Part shown: one piece after another, positions 37,224 through 46,421 of the stretch | Position numbering within the stretch: the first letter of the stretch is position 1 | Layout: every line of letters starts with the position of its first letter | IMG/VR virus record: IMGVR_UViG_3300035704_000010 | Location: 1-57,401 of that record | Source of the DNA: a virus | Lineage: Duplodnaviria; Caudoviricetes | Reading direction: 5' to 3' (one strand) | Length of the DNA stretch: 57,401 nt | Made by a program: the position numbers and the translations under genes | The notes under the pieces: generated by a model | The model's database searches: none | What the model saw: only the letters and a program-made list of their open reading frames with translations | Told to the model about the DNA's origin: nothing

Positions 37224-38173
37224 GGCGTCGTTATTACGAAATCGGTGAAGCGTTGCGTCTTGGTGGTCATCGATGAGCCGCCACCTTGGGGTGGGGAAAC
37301 GCCCCAACGATACGGGTATTCGCCGAAGTTGAACCACGACTGATTCGTTTTCGTGCAGCAGTAGTTTGCGCCGTCCCAATGGCCTTGCAGCAAACCGTTG
37401 CGGTACAACTCCGTCCACCCGTCGCTGCCCATCGAGGGAGCCAGGCGTATCTTCCACTGGTCCGTCTCGCCTGGAGTGTACGCACCGCTCCAGACAATCC
37501 CCGCGCACGTTGTAAAGCCATACATCTGCGGCTTACTCAAGTTGTTCGGGCCGTTGATGAACGTTAGCCCCGTACACGGCGAGCTTGTCTGCACGTTGCC
37601 GTGCAACTGCGCGATGACTTGGCGCGCGTCGTTATCGGGACCCATCCCAGGAGAGGGTCCATCCAACTCCGTCCACGACACGGTGTACGCCTGCCCGTTG
37701 ACGAGCAATAGCGCGTTCCCGTTTGCGTCGAGGAGTTGAATCTGATTGCGGATGCAACTCTGCCCGTTCTGCGAAACGGAGAAGTCGATCTGCGTTCCGG
37801 TTATGACAGGTGTTCCGCATTGTCCATCGGTTGCTGGCTTCCACTTGCCGTACTTCGAGTCGCCGGCTTTCCAAACGACGGTCGCCGGCGGCGTTGGCGT
37901 ATCGGTCGGCGCCGGGCTCGGGGTTTCCGTGGGTGCGGGCGACGGTGAATCTGTCGGCGACGCGGTTGGCGCCGGCGACGGGGATTCAGTTGGCTCGGGT
38001 GTCGACGTGGGCGCGATCGTGGGCGTCGACGTTGGTGCGACCGTAGGCGAGGGCGAAGGGGACGGGCTCGACTTGGCCTTCGCGCACGTCACTTTCATCG
38101 TCGGGCCGTTAGGCGTAATCGTCACCTTCGCGCATTGCTGCGTGGCGACGGCGAGCAGTAGGGCGGCTATCAT
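37220..38173 (-). CDS. Secreted polysaccharide-lyase-like (beta-jelly-roll) protein with Pro/Thr linker
   Basis: Signal peptide, SPSPTP linker; IRNQI, IAQLHG and WFNFGEY resemble the R.E / Q.H / YFK.G.Y motifs. Confidence 0.55.
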   Translation of the reverse strand: MIAALLLAVATQQCAKVTITPNGPTMKVTCAKAKSSPSPSPSPTVAPTSTPTIAPTSTPEPTESPSPAPTASPTDSPSPAPTETPSPAPTDTPTPPATVVWKAGDSKYGKWKPATDGQCGTPVITGTQIDFSVSQNGQSCIRNQIQLLDANGNALLLVNGQAYTVSWTELDGPSPGMGPDNDARQVIAQLHGNVQTSSPCTGLTFINGPNNLSKPQMYGFTTCAGIVWSGAYTPGETDQWKIRLAPSMGSDGWTELYRNGLLQGHWDGANYCCTKTNQSWFNFGEYPYRWGVSPPQGGGSSMTTKTQRFTDFVITTP

Positions 38174-38667
38174 TCTGCGTCCTTTCGTGGCGCCGGTAGC
38201 GCGAGAATAGAAGACGGCATCATCCCCGAACGGTACGCTTCGTCTATCTGCGGCTGAATGAACGAGCTAACCGTCTCGCCGTTCGGAAGAACTGTGTGCG
38301 CGAGAAACTCGTCCTCGAAGGTCGTGATCTCGGATTCGACGGCTTCGAGCTTTGATTTAATGATCAGCGCTAGGGCGCGCCAGCGTGAACGGGTAGCTTG
38401 CTCTAGCGCAACCTTCTGTTGGCTCTCGGTTCGAATCCCGGACCACTGCGACTGATTTAGTTTAACGAACTTTATTGCTTTATCCGAAAGCTGCGGCAGC
38501 GGAAGGATAAATCGAACGTAGCGATCTTTCGCCTTGAACTGAACTAAGGCGCGGGCGCCTTCGGTCGCATACCCGAACGACGAGGCTCCATAGCGCGTAA
38601 GGATGCGCTCGATCTCGGCCTTGGACTTCTCGACCGACACTTCAGTGGACGCAGCATAACGGGTCAC
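38170..38667 (-). CDS. Conserved phage hypothetical protein
   Basis: [20 protein letters not shown]...[17 protein letters not shown]...FEDEFLAH. Confidence 0.75.
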   Translation of the reverse strand: MTRYAASTEVSVEKSKAEIERILTRYGASSFGYATEGARALVQFKAKDRYVRFILPLPQLSDKAIKFVKLNQSQWSGIRTESQQKVALEQATRSRWRALALIIKSKLEAVESEITTFEDEFLAHTVLPNGETVSSFIQPQIDEAYRSGMMPSSILALPAPRKDAE

Positions 38668-39059
38668 AACGGCAGCGGTTGCTCCCCGTTGACGCGACGT
38701 GTTAGCTCAGCGACGAGCGAGTTTAGACGGTCCTGCCCCTCTTTGTGCTCGAGCGCGGCCTCGTCTTTAGCGTCTTTCAGCGATACGAGATTGCCGTATG
38801 CCGACGCGATCGACCGCTCCAACTCCGGCAAGGAGCCGTGAATCATCGGAGCCGGGTCTTCGGTGACTTCACCGGTCTTTTTGTCGATTGTAGCGCGAGT
38901 TTTTGCCATAGCACTCCCTTTAGATTTAGCTTCAGTAATTCGCACGAACGGGCCACCGTTGATGGACATCGAAACTCCGAGCCCAGTGGCGTCCATTTTT
39001 TGGCGAAAGGTTTCCACGATGCCACGAAGGCGGCGCGGCTTACCCGTTAGGTGGCTCAC
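38664..39059 (-). CDS. Hypothetical protein
   Basis: Coupled operon; start uncertain. Confidence 0.5.
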   Translation of the reverse strand: MSHLTGKPRRLRGIVETFRQKMDATGLGVSMSINGGPFVRITEAKSKGSAMAKTRATIDKKTGEVTEDPAPMIHGSLPELERSIASAYGNLVSLKDAKDEAALEHKEGQDRLNSLVAELTRRVNGEQPLPL

Positions 39060-39238
39060 GCGATCGCCCGATCGCGCAGATCGGACATGAGACTCGGAAC
39101 GCTGGCCTTACCCGTCGCGCCGCAACGGTTACAGCGCAAAAACACGCAGTCGTAAACGACCTCGAGCATCATGCGCGACCCGCACTCGCAGATCGATGGC
39201 TTGCGCCAGCGCGGCATCTGAGACGTTCCTGACTTCAA
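39056..39238 (-). CDS. Small Zn-ribbon protein
   Basis: CECG...CNRCG. Confidence 0.5.
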   Translation of the reverse strand: MKSGTSQMPRWRKPSICECGSRMMLEVVYDCVFLRCNRCGATGKASVPSLMSDLRDRAIA

Positions 39239-39540
39239 TTGAGCCTCCAGACTACGGCGGTACGGCCGCTGCGGTTTAGCTGGCGTTCTTGCGACTCGAC
39301 GATCTTGCCGAGGCGCGCGAGCGGGCGGAAGCGCGGACTGACTGAGACGAGGCTCAGGCCAGTGTGGTCGGCGACGGCCTCGATCGTCGCGGCGCCCCCG
39401 AGATCGCGGATAGCCTCCAGCACGACGGCCATCAAGTGCGTCACCCGCTCCGGCTCGAGGCTCGCAGCTGCGGCCTTACTTGTCGGCGGGTCGGCGCGGC
39501 GAGATACCGCGAAGTCGAAAAGTGTCGGCGATTCAGGCAC
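39235..39540 (-). CDS. Winged-helix DNA-binding protein
   Basis: RRADPPTSKAAA...VSPRFRPLARLGKI...SGR.A.VW. Confidence 0.7.
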   Translation of the reverse strand: MPESPTLFDFAVSRRADPPTSKAAAASLEPERVTHLMAVVLEAIRDLGGAATIEAVADHTGLSLVSVSPRFRPLARLGKIVESQERQLNRSGRTAVVWRLN

Positions 39541-39721
39541 GAGCGGCCCCTATGCACTCGCGTGAATGCTGCATACAGAATTCGGCGGCGTCGACAGCCG
39601 ATTCGATGCACTGGACGGCGTCGAAGGTTTGGCCGCATACGGAGCACCGAAACCGCATTAGGCCCGGCTTGATCTCGTCGGCGGTGACGCCAACCATCGC
39701 TTCGTTCTCTCTCAGGTTCAC
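39533..39721 (-). CDS. Small Zn-finger-like protein
   Basis: GTGA-coupled; FRCSVCGQ...H..EC. Confidence 0.45.
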   Translation of the reverse strand: MNLRENEAMVGVTADEIKPGLMRFRCSVCGQTFDAVQCIESAVDAAEFCMQHSRECIGAARA

Positions 39722-39990
39722 GCCGCCACCGCCAGCCGCAGGACCGCGAGTACTTCGTCGATCGGCAGCCGCTCGTGCGGCGTAATGCTCCGAACCTTCG
39801 GGCCGCCGAAAGACTTGCCGTATTCCTTGCAGCTCGAGCACGGATTGTGAACCGTGCACAAGGCTTTGCACTTGACGCACCACAGCATGAACTGCGGCTT
39901 TTGCATCGGCTCGCGCGCATCGTACTCGGCCAGCAGCGCCACCGGATCAGCCTTCAGCTTATGGCCGGCGATCGTGACGGTTATCGCCAT
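39718..39990 (-). CDS. Small Cys-rich protein
   Basis: CVKC...CSSC. Confidence 0.55.
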   Translation of the reverse strand: MAITVTIAGHKLKADPVALLAEYDAREPMQKPQFMLWCVKCKALCTVHNPCSSCKEYGKSFGGPKVRSITPHERLPIDEVLAVLRLAVAA

Positions 39991-40205
39991 TTGCCGTTGT
40001 CCTTTAAGCAGCTTTGACTGTCTGGCGTGTATTTTTCGTGCGAGCCGATGCGAACGACGAGGCCCAGCGATCCGTCGCTTCGGAATCCATCAAACGGATC
40101 CAGAAATTCAACCGTGTCCCACTTGGCGAGGTCGGGGTTCCAAATAGAAACCTCCGCTTGCGGATCCTCGACGCCCAGTTTTTCAATCAGCTGCGCGACG
40201 GTCAT
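39981..40205 (-). CDS. Hypothetical protein
   Basis: MTVAQLIEKL...DPQAEV, a common phage small-protein start. Confidence 0.6.
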   Translation of the reverse strand: MTVAQLIEKLGVEDPQAEVSIWNPDLAKWDTVEFLDPFDGFRSDGSLGLVVRIGSHEKYTPDSQSCLKDNGKWR

Positions 40206-40495
40206 CGCTGTACGAGCCTCATGCCGTCAACGAATCGTATGCCATTGCGTAGCGTGTACGTCCACACGTACTCCCAGCCGTCGCGCGATGCCGCCATTAG
40301 CGCCGCCGCATTCGGGTGGCCGGCGAGCTGCTCGCTAAGCTCCGTGAACTCGCCGCGCGCGAACTGATGCGTTAGCGGCGCAGCGCCCTCTTCAGCCCGC
40401 GCGGTTTCACCGACTGCACCGGGACCGAAAAGGCGCATCAAGGATGCGGATCCGGCGGCGATTCCAACGCGCGCGAGTAGATCCTTGCGTTTCAT
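40202..40495 (-). CDS. Hypothetical protein with Tat-like leader
   Basis: MKRKDLLARVGIAAG...ARA. Confidence 0.5.
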   Translation of the reverse strand: MKRKDLLARVGIAAGSASLMRLFGPGAVGETARAEEGAAPLTHQFARGEFTELSEQLAGHPNAAALMAASRDGWEYVWTYTLRNGIRFVDGMRLVQR

Positions 40496-41070
40496 GCCGT
40501 AAGCCTTCGATCGTCACCGCCCAGCGGGATCTCCAAGCAGTGCTCGGCCAGCCGCGAAATCGCGCGCTCGCCGTAACGCTTGCGGATATCGTCGCTCGCG
40601 AGGTTCGTAGTGATCCAAAGCGGCAGGTCCATGCCCGTGCGCCGGTTCACGAACTGGTCGAATAGCGACTCGGTCTCGCCGGCACGATAGCCCGACTCGA
40701 CCGCCTGCTCTTGCCCGACGTCGTCGACGAACAGCGGCCCACGCCAGAAGCACAGTCGGCGCATCGGGTCGAACTTCTCGCGATCGTCGCCGCGCATCGC
40801 CCGCCAGCGGTCGACGTCGCCGGTAAACTCCGGCCAATCGACAAACATCGCGGCGTCCTCAAACTGACGCGTCGACGGTTCGCGCATCGCCGCGACGAGC
40901 GTGTAGGTTTTACCCGTGCCAGTCGGCCCCGAAATCAGGCCGCCGCGGTAGTCCGTGATCGCGGCGACGACGGCGCGCTGCAGCCGTATTTCCAGCTTCG
41001 GCACGATCGCCGTCGAGCAGCGGAACGGGATCTGATATTGCAGCGGGGCGCCGGCATTCGAGGTGATCAT
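40492..41070 (-). CDS. DnaC/IstB-like helicase loader ATPase
   Basis: GPTGTGKT, LFVDDVGQE, ITTNL, RYGERAISRL; ATGA-coupled to the initiator. Confidence 0.9.
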   Translation of the reverse strand: MITSNAGAPLQYQIPFRCSTAIVPKLEIRLQRAVVAAITDYRGGLISGPTGTGKTYTLVAAMREPSTRQFEDAAMFVDWPEFTGDVDRWRAMRGDDREKFDPMRRLCFWRGPLFVDDVGQEQAVESGYRAGETESLFDQFVNRRTGMDLPLWITTNLASDDIRKRYGERAISRLAEHCLEIPLGGDDRRLTA

Positions 41071-42329
41071 GCCTCGATACGCTCCCGGCGTTTGCGCTGC
41101 AGATCGTCGGCCTGCTGGGAGAGCGCGGCACCGCGGTCGTTTGCGTGCGCCGGCCGCTCCTTGGGCGCCGACCCTCGGCCCTGCAGGTAGTTTAGCGCAG
41201 CCTTCGGCTCGTTTCCGAGCAGCGGCTTGTAGCGACGCACGGCTATGGCGTTTTCGAACGCCTGCCATGCCTGCGCCGTCGTCGCTCCCCGCGATCGCAT
41301 CGCGCCGAGAACATCGGCGACGATCGGGACGTTGCGATAGACCGCGGTCTTGGCCCGACAGTTCCCAAACGCGTCGAGGAACTGCTTGGCGAGAGGAGTG
41401 AGCGCTTTGGTGTCGCCAGGAAGGGCGCGCGTTCGAAGAACAGCCTCGCGTATCGGATTCGTTCTTTCGGTCCATCGAGCGCGAAGAGCGCTCAATTCCG
41501 TATCCGTATCCATACCCGTACCCGTATCCATACCCGAGGGCATCTGGGTACTCGCTGGGGAATCGTTGGGGGATCCATGTTCGCCGCGTGGGGAATCGTT
41601 GGGGGATCCATGTTCGCCGCGTGGGGAATCATCGGTTTTCGCGTGGGCACCCGTTGGGGGAATAGACGATAGGCTTTTATTCTTTTTACGGCTGCAAGGC
41701 CGGCAGAGAAGCTGAATGTTTTTCTCGTCGTTGGTACCACCTAAAATCTCTTGCCGGATATGATCCCACTCGAGACCATCAAGCGTAAGATCGAAGCGGC
41801 CGCCGCCGGGACGACGTAAGTAAACCATCTGCCCTGGAGAGCCGCAGTCGGCGCAAGCCGTGTCGAATCTTTCCGCGATCATGTCGAACCCGAGCCGTAG
41901 CGCAACCGCCTTTTTCACTGCATCCGGTATTCTGCGCTTCCTGAAATCGTCTGACGTTGGTTCCTCGGGCGACGCGCTCTGAAGTAGATCCGGCGGTGGC
42001 GATGGCAGGCGGCTGGTGGTCGGCCGACTTACAACTTGATACTTCCGCCATTTTTCGTGGACCGCGTACGTTTTTTTGCCGACCAAATAGGTCCGCATGA
42101 GACCCTTTTTAGCGATCTCGCCCATCCACTTTTGAACGTCTGGGATCTCCACGTTTTCGCGCGCCGGGAAAACGCGAGCCCATAGCTGCCGCGCGCTCCA
42201 CTCGAGGCGACCCTCGTCGTCAGCAAGCGAAATGCACGCGATGTAAAAGAGGCATGCACCCACGTCGTTAAGTGCCGAGAACTTCTCGTCGGTCCAAATG
42301 TCCGGATCGATGGAGCGCTTGCGAGCCAA
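41067..42329 (-). CDS. Replication initiator with inserted HNH domain
   Basis: ARKRSIDPDIWTDEK...ADDEGR N-terminus; CADCG...DHI...GGTND..NIQLLCRPC; TTG start at 42329. Confidence 0.8.
   Translation of the reverse strand: MARKRSIDPDIWTDEKFSALNDVGACLFYIACISLADDEGRLEWSARQLWARVFPARENVEIPDVQKWMGEIAKKGLMRTYLVGKKTYAVHEKWRKYQVVSRPTTSRLPSPPPDLLQSASPEEPTSDDFRKRRIPDAVKKAVALRLGFDMIAERFDTACADCGSPGQMVYLRRPGGGRFDLTLDGLEWDHIRQEILGGTNDEKNIQLLCRPCSRKKNKSLSSIPPTGAHAKTDDSPRGEHGSPNDSPRGEHGSPNDSPASTQMPSGMDTGTGMDTDTELSALRARWTERTNPIREAVLRTRALPGDTKALTPLAKQFLDAFGNCRAKTAVYRNVPIVADVLGAMRSRGATTAQAWQAFENAIAVRRYKPLLGNEPKAALNYLQGRGSAPKERPAHANDRGAALSQQADDLQRKRRERIEA
41497..41630. repeat. Iteron-like repeats, probable replication origin
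   Basis: 33-bp unit TGGGGAATCGTTGGGGGATCCATGTTCGCCGCG x2.3 (41556-41630) plus 6-bp CCGTAT/CCATAC-type repeats inside the initiator gene. Confidence 0.7.
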
Positions 42330-42342
42330 TTCGTATTCTCTC

Positions 42343-42573
42343 TTATCTCGAGTAGAAAAACAGTTTTTCGAGCACGAGCTCGAGCCAGGTGGGTTTGCGG
42401 GCATCTGAGCGGTGCGCAGGCCGCACGTAGATCTCGCGCACCGAGTCGATCGGGAGCGCCACGCGCGCATCGCGGTGGCCTGTCATGAGCGCGACACCCT
42501 CGCGACGAAAGCGACGCCGATTGGCAGCCATCTCAGTGCGCGTGCGGTCTGCTGACGATACGAGCTCCGTCAC
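42343..42573 (-). CDS. Hypothetical protein
   Basis: 76 aa, fills the operon gap. Confidence 0.5.
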   Translation of the reverse strand: MTELVSSADRTRTEMAANRRRFRREGVALMTGHRDARVALPIDSVREIYVRPAHRSDARKPTWLELVLEKLFFYSR

Positions 42574-42579
42574 GCCCGA

Positions 42580-42851
42580 CTACGCAGCCTCCGGTTCGGA
42601 CCCGTAGCGTTGCGTGAGGTACGACAGGACGCGATCGTACGCGCCGGCGTCGAGATTTTCGTTCGCGATCTCCGCGTCGAACCGCCCCGCGACGTCGTCG
42701 AGAAACTCGCGCTCACGATCTTGAACCGGGGGGGGGTCTTTGACTTTTTCTTTCGCGCGGCTTTCCGCGCGGCAGCGTGCGCCTTTGAGGCGTGTCCGTT
42801 AAGAGCGCCGAGAGTCGGTGCTGTAAACTCGCACCGAGAGCATTTGGGCAC
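42580..42851 (-). CDS. C2H2 zinc-finger protein split by a G9/C9 tract
   Basis: AAGGAG RBS; CSRC...H...AH; protein-like continuation in the -1 frame after 42728-42736. Confidence 0.55.
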
Positions 42852-42864
42852 TGATTTAGACTCC

Positions 42865-43593
42865 TTATGCGGCGCGAAGCCGCTGCAACGTGTAGCGCAT
42901 GTCGGGCGACAGATCGGCCATCTTGTTGAGCGCCCAATCGACGTACGACCGAGGCGCTACGTTGATTGGCTGGCCACGATATTGACCGAATGGCCAAGTC
43001 TTGAAGATGATTGGTGACTGCGCGTGCGCGATCGCCTGATCGACGAGCTCGATGCCCGTCGCGCGAAACTCTTCCGACGCGATCTCGTCGCGGAGCAAGG
43101 CGCCCGTTACGAGCGCGTCCCCGAGCGCGCGATGCGCTTCAACGCCATAGGTATCGACCTGCAGCTGCCGGCGAAAGCGCAGCGATTGATTCTTGTATGC
43201 CGGATAGTCCGGCCAGAGGTGCTGAGCCAGGCGGCGCGTGCAAAGCCACGGCGACGGATCCTCGGCCTGCTGGATGAACGCCCGATCGAATTCCGCGTTG
43301 TGCGCTGCCAGGACATTATCGCTATCGACGAGATGCCGGTTTAAAAACTCGGCAAGCAGAGCGTATGCGGCTTCGCGGTTCGGTGCCCCGGCGACGTCAG
43401 CGTCGACGATCCCATGGATCGCGGAGATTTCGGGCGGGATCAGGATGCCCGGATTCACTAGGGTCGACCACATGCCGAGCACTCGCGTGGCGGTCGTGGC
43501 GACGGCGGCGATTTCGACGAGCTGGTCGACCTTGGGGTCGAGCCCCGTTGTCTCGGTGTCGATGACGACGAAGATGGCATCGGCAATCTTCAT
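42865..43593 (-). CDS. DEDDh 3'-5' exonuclease (ExoX/DnaQ-like)
   Basis: IDTETTG, AHNAEFD, HRALGD; C-terminal FGQYRG. Confidence 0.9.
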   Translation of the reverse strand: MKIADAIFVVIDTETTGLDPKVDQLVEIAAVATTATRVLGMWSTLVNPGILIPPEISAIHGIVDADVAGAPNREAAYALLAEFLNRHLVDSDNVLAAHNAEFDRAFIQQAEDPSPWLCTRRLAQHLWPDYPAYKNQSLRFRRQLQVDTYGVEAHRALGDALVTGALLRDEIASEEFRATGIELVDQAIAHAQSPIIFKTWPFGQYRGQPINVAPRSYVDWALNKMADLSPDMRYTLQRLRAA

Positions 43594-43817
43594 TGCGGCG
43601 CCATCCACTGATTGCCAATCGCGAAGTTGACCATGGCGACGATGCATGCCGCGCACGCCTTGTCTGCCGTCATCGGGAAGTCGCCGCGGTCACTACTCCG
43701 ACTCGGCTTGGCGCCGCAAAGCGTCTCAGCTTCGCGGACGTGGAAGACGTGCTCCGTCCCGCCTCGGCCCGAGGAGACGACACACAGCATCCCATTATTC
43801 AGTGCATTTCCGTTCAT
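43590..43817 (-). CDS. Small Cys/His protein
   Basis: ATGA-coupled at both ends; H...TLCG...CAAC. Confidence 0.5.
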   Translation of the reverse strand: MNGNALNNGMLCVVSSGRGGTEHVFHVREAETLCGAKPSRSSDRGDFPMTADKACAACIVAMVNFAIGNQWMAPQ

Positions 43818-44236
43818 GCCGCGCGCCCTCTTGATGGCCGCCAGAACTGGCTGTCGCAAGTGCGGCAGTAGCGTTGGCGTTTCATCTGTCCGTCAAGCGG
43901 GTGGCCACGCTTGCAAGTCGCCCGCTTTGTATAGTGGTGACGGCCCTTTGCCGTCTTGTCGCGGTTGTTGTCGGCCAGCGTTCCGAGGAACAGGTGAGCC
44001 GGATTAACGCACGGAGGGTTGTCGCAACGGTGCAGAATGAACAGGCCATCCGGGATTGGGCCGAAGTGAATCTCGTATGAGATACGGTGCGCGCGTAACC
44101 GTTTCGGACCGGACATGAGTATGCCGTAGCCCTTGCGGTCGCGCATCGCATCCCACTCCCAGCACCCTCGATCGTCCATGATCGGAGCGACTTTCAGCCA
44201 AAAGCGTGGCGCGATCGGCTCCCGGGGTAGCGTCAC
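43814..44236 (-). CDS. HNH endonuclease
   Basis: RFWLKV...CWEW...AHRISYE...LHRCDNPPCVNPAHLFLGT. Confidence 0.9.
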   Translation of the reverse strand: MTLPREPIAPRFWLKVAPIMDDRGCWEWDAMRDRKGYGILMSGPKRLRAHRISYEIHFGPIPDGLFILHRCDNPPCVNPAHLFLGTLADNNRDKTAKGRHHYTKRATCKRGHPLDGQMKRQRYCRTCDSQFWRPSRGRAA

Positions 44237-45447
44237 TCGGCCGCGCCACCGTTATCGACCGCGGGCTTCACCGGCAACGCGGCGAGCAGCTGGGGCGTTT
44301 TGGCCAGGAAGTCTTCGAGCTGCGCGACGTTCAGACTGAGGAGATCGCTCTTGGCGTACTCGCGCGTTAGCGCAGCTGTGCGCTCCGCGTCGCGGTCTTT
44401 CCACTGCGACAAAATCGCCGTCCGCAGCGAGCGTGCTTTTTGCTTGTCGTCGGCGGGCGTGGAGACTGCGGCCGGTTTCTCCGCATCCGCGCCTGGGGTC
44501 GCGTCGCCGGCGGGCGTTTCCTGAGCCGTTGCGGACTCGGGGGCCGCCTTCGCGGCGTCGTCGCCGGCAGCCGCGGCGACCTGGTTCTTCTTCGCCAGTT
44601 TCTCCGCCAGCGCGTCCGTGCGCGTGCGACCCGGCGCGTCGGCGTTCTGATCTTCCTCGAGGTGGAAGTGATCGCTCACCGCCGCCATGCCGTCCTCGAT
44701 CGCGTTGAATATCTTGCCGAGCTGGACGACCAGCGCCGGCGTCACGGCTTCGATGCGCCGCTGGATCTTGGCTTCGAGAACGCGCCGAGAGACGCCGATG
44801 CTCGCAAATTTGTCGAGCAGCGACTGAATCAGCTCGTCGGTTATCTTGACCTTGGTCCGAAGTGTGAGCTCAGCTTGCTGGACGGCCGCCTCGGTGATAT
44901 CGCTCGGCACGATCTGCAGGATGCAGGACCGTAACCGGCGCGCTCCTTGATTGGCGACGAGCTCGTAAATGTCGCGCGGATCCTCGAGGCGGGTCTGGCT
45001 ATTCCGCGTGTGGCGGATATGCGCGACCTGGAAGATTTTCGCCGAGCGGACATTCGTCTGCACGTCCCAGCAGAAAGCTTCGACCGTGCTGACGCCCGGG
45101 CGCTGCTCGAGTTCGCGCACGCCGAATTGCAAGTTGCCGTATTCGAGCGCGATGGCCTCAGCGGCGCGAATCGAGGGACCGGTGATATTCGTCCCGCCGC
45201 GGGCATACGCGTACATCGCCTTTTCGGCGAGGGTCGGGCGCGTAAATGCCTGCAGGATGCGGTCGACGGCTTCCGCCTGATTGCGCGGGAATCGCTGGGC
45301 GATTACCATCGCCGCTTGGGTTTCGGCTATCGCGCGTGCGCTTTCGACCTCGACGGCCGCAGTCGACGCCTTGCGCTTGTCGTTGAACGGATTCAGGCTA
45401 GTTTCTGGGGCGGCGGCGCCGTTTGCCGGCGCAAGTGAGGTAGTCAT
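44233..45447 (-). CDS. Putative single-strand annealing protein (recombinase partner of YqaJ)
   Basis: Adjacent to YqaJ; A.RFPR...Y.Y.RGG..ITGPSIR.AE conserved-looking block. Confidence 0.55.
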   Translation of the reverse strand: MTTSLAPANGAAAPETSLNPFNDKRKASTAAVEVESARAIAETQAAMVIAQRFPRNQAEAVDRILQAFTRPTLAEKAMYAYARGGTNITGPSIRAAEAIALEYGNLQFGVRELEQRPGVSTVEAFCWDVQTNVRSAKIFQVAHIRHTRNSQTRLEDPRDIYELVANQGARRLRSCILQIVPSDITEAAVQQAELTLRTKVKITDELIQSLLDKFASIGVSRRVLEAKIQRRIEAVTPALVVQLGKIFNAIEDGMAAVSDHFHLEEDQNADAPGRTRTDALAEKLAKKNQVAAAAGDDAAKAAPESATAQETPAGDATPGADAEKPAAVSTPADDKQKARSLRTAILSQWKDRDAERTAALTREYAKSDLLSLNVAQLEDFLAKTPQLLAALPVKPAVDNGGAAE

Positions 45448-46421
45448 GAAGACGCTTCTTTCTGGCTGTCAATGCGGAACTGACGGCTGGATGACGGCCC
45501 GACGCTGTACGCGCCGCGCTCGACGGTTTTGTAGGTGAGTAGACGCTGGTTGCCGTGCATGAGCGTATCGGCGTCGGCCATGAAGCCGGCGACTTGCCCT
45601 TGCAACGCATCGATGCGCGCCTTCGCAGATTTCTCGTCGCCCTTGGCATCGCGCAGCTGGGCAACGCAGGCCACGATCTCTGCGCTGGCCTGGCATTCTA
45701 CCGATCGCGACTTTGGAAATGCGCGCCGCGCGTCGGCCAGCGACATCACAGGCGGCGCGTCTCCCTTGACGATCCGGCGCCACATGTCGCGGGTTCCCTC
45801 GATGACCGCATCCGCGATCGTCTCGTTGAGCGGGATCGAATAGACGTTGATGCGCGGGCCGGCAAGCAACGCCGGCACGTACGCCGGCGCGCTGCCATCG
45901 ACGATCATTTGATGCGTGACCTGGAGGATGATGTACTCAGGCGCGTCGGCCGAGCCGTCCTCGCCCCAGAGATCCGAAAACAGCGCCATGCGTCCGAGCG
46001 ACGTTTTGCACTCGACGATCTGAGGCACGTCGCCATTGTCGGCGACGGTGCGGCGGTCGAGATTGGCGATCATCCACGGAAACTGCGGATTCCGGCGGAT
46101 GAAGTTGTCGCGCCGTACCTTCTTGCCGGTGCGCTCGCTAAACTTTTGCGCGCAGTATTCCTCGAGATCGTTGCCGACCTCGACGGCAATCTTGTCGGAG
46201 ATATCCTGCGGCTCCCATTCGCCGCGCTTCTCTTGGTAGAGCGCAAACGGCGTCTTTCCGAACGGATCCTCGCCGAGACAGGCGGCGACGTCGGACGAGC
46301 CGATACCCGTGCGCCGAATGGCAAGCCACTGCTCGCGCGTCAGTCCTTTGGTTGGGATCCTCGAGGCGTTTAGATCGATGCCTTCCGGCAGATCGACGCC
46401 GAGGTCAAGAGCGGTGCTCAT
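45444..46421 (-). CDS. YqaJ-like viral recombinase/exonuclease
   Basis: WLAIRRTGIGSSD, GNDLE, ANLDR, VECKT, Y..QVTHQM. Confidence 0.9.
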   Translation of the reverse strand: MSTALDLGVDLPEGIDLNASRIPTKGLTREQWLAIRRTGIGSSDVAACLGEDPFGKTPFALYQEKRGEWEPQDISDKIAVEVGNDLEEYCAQKFSERTGKKVRRDNFIRRNPQFPWMIANLDRRTVADNGDVPQIVECKTSLGRMALFSDLWGEDGSADAPEYIILQVTHQMIVDGSAPAYVPALLAGPRINVYSIPLNETIADAVIEGTRDMWRRIVKGDAPPVMSLADARRAFPKSRSVECQASAEIVACVAQLRDAKGDEKSAKARIDALQGQVAGFMADADTLMHGNQRLLTYKTVERGAYSVGPSSSRQFRIDSQKEASS

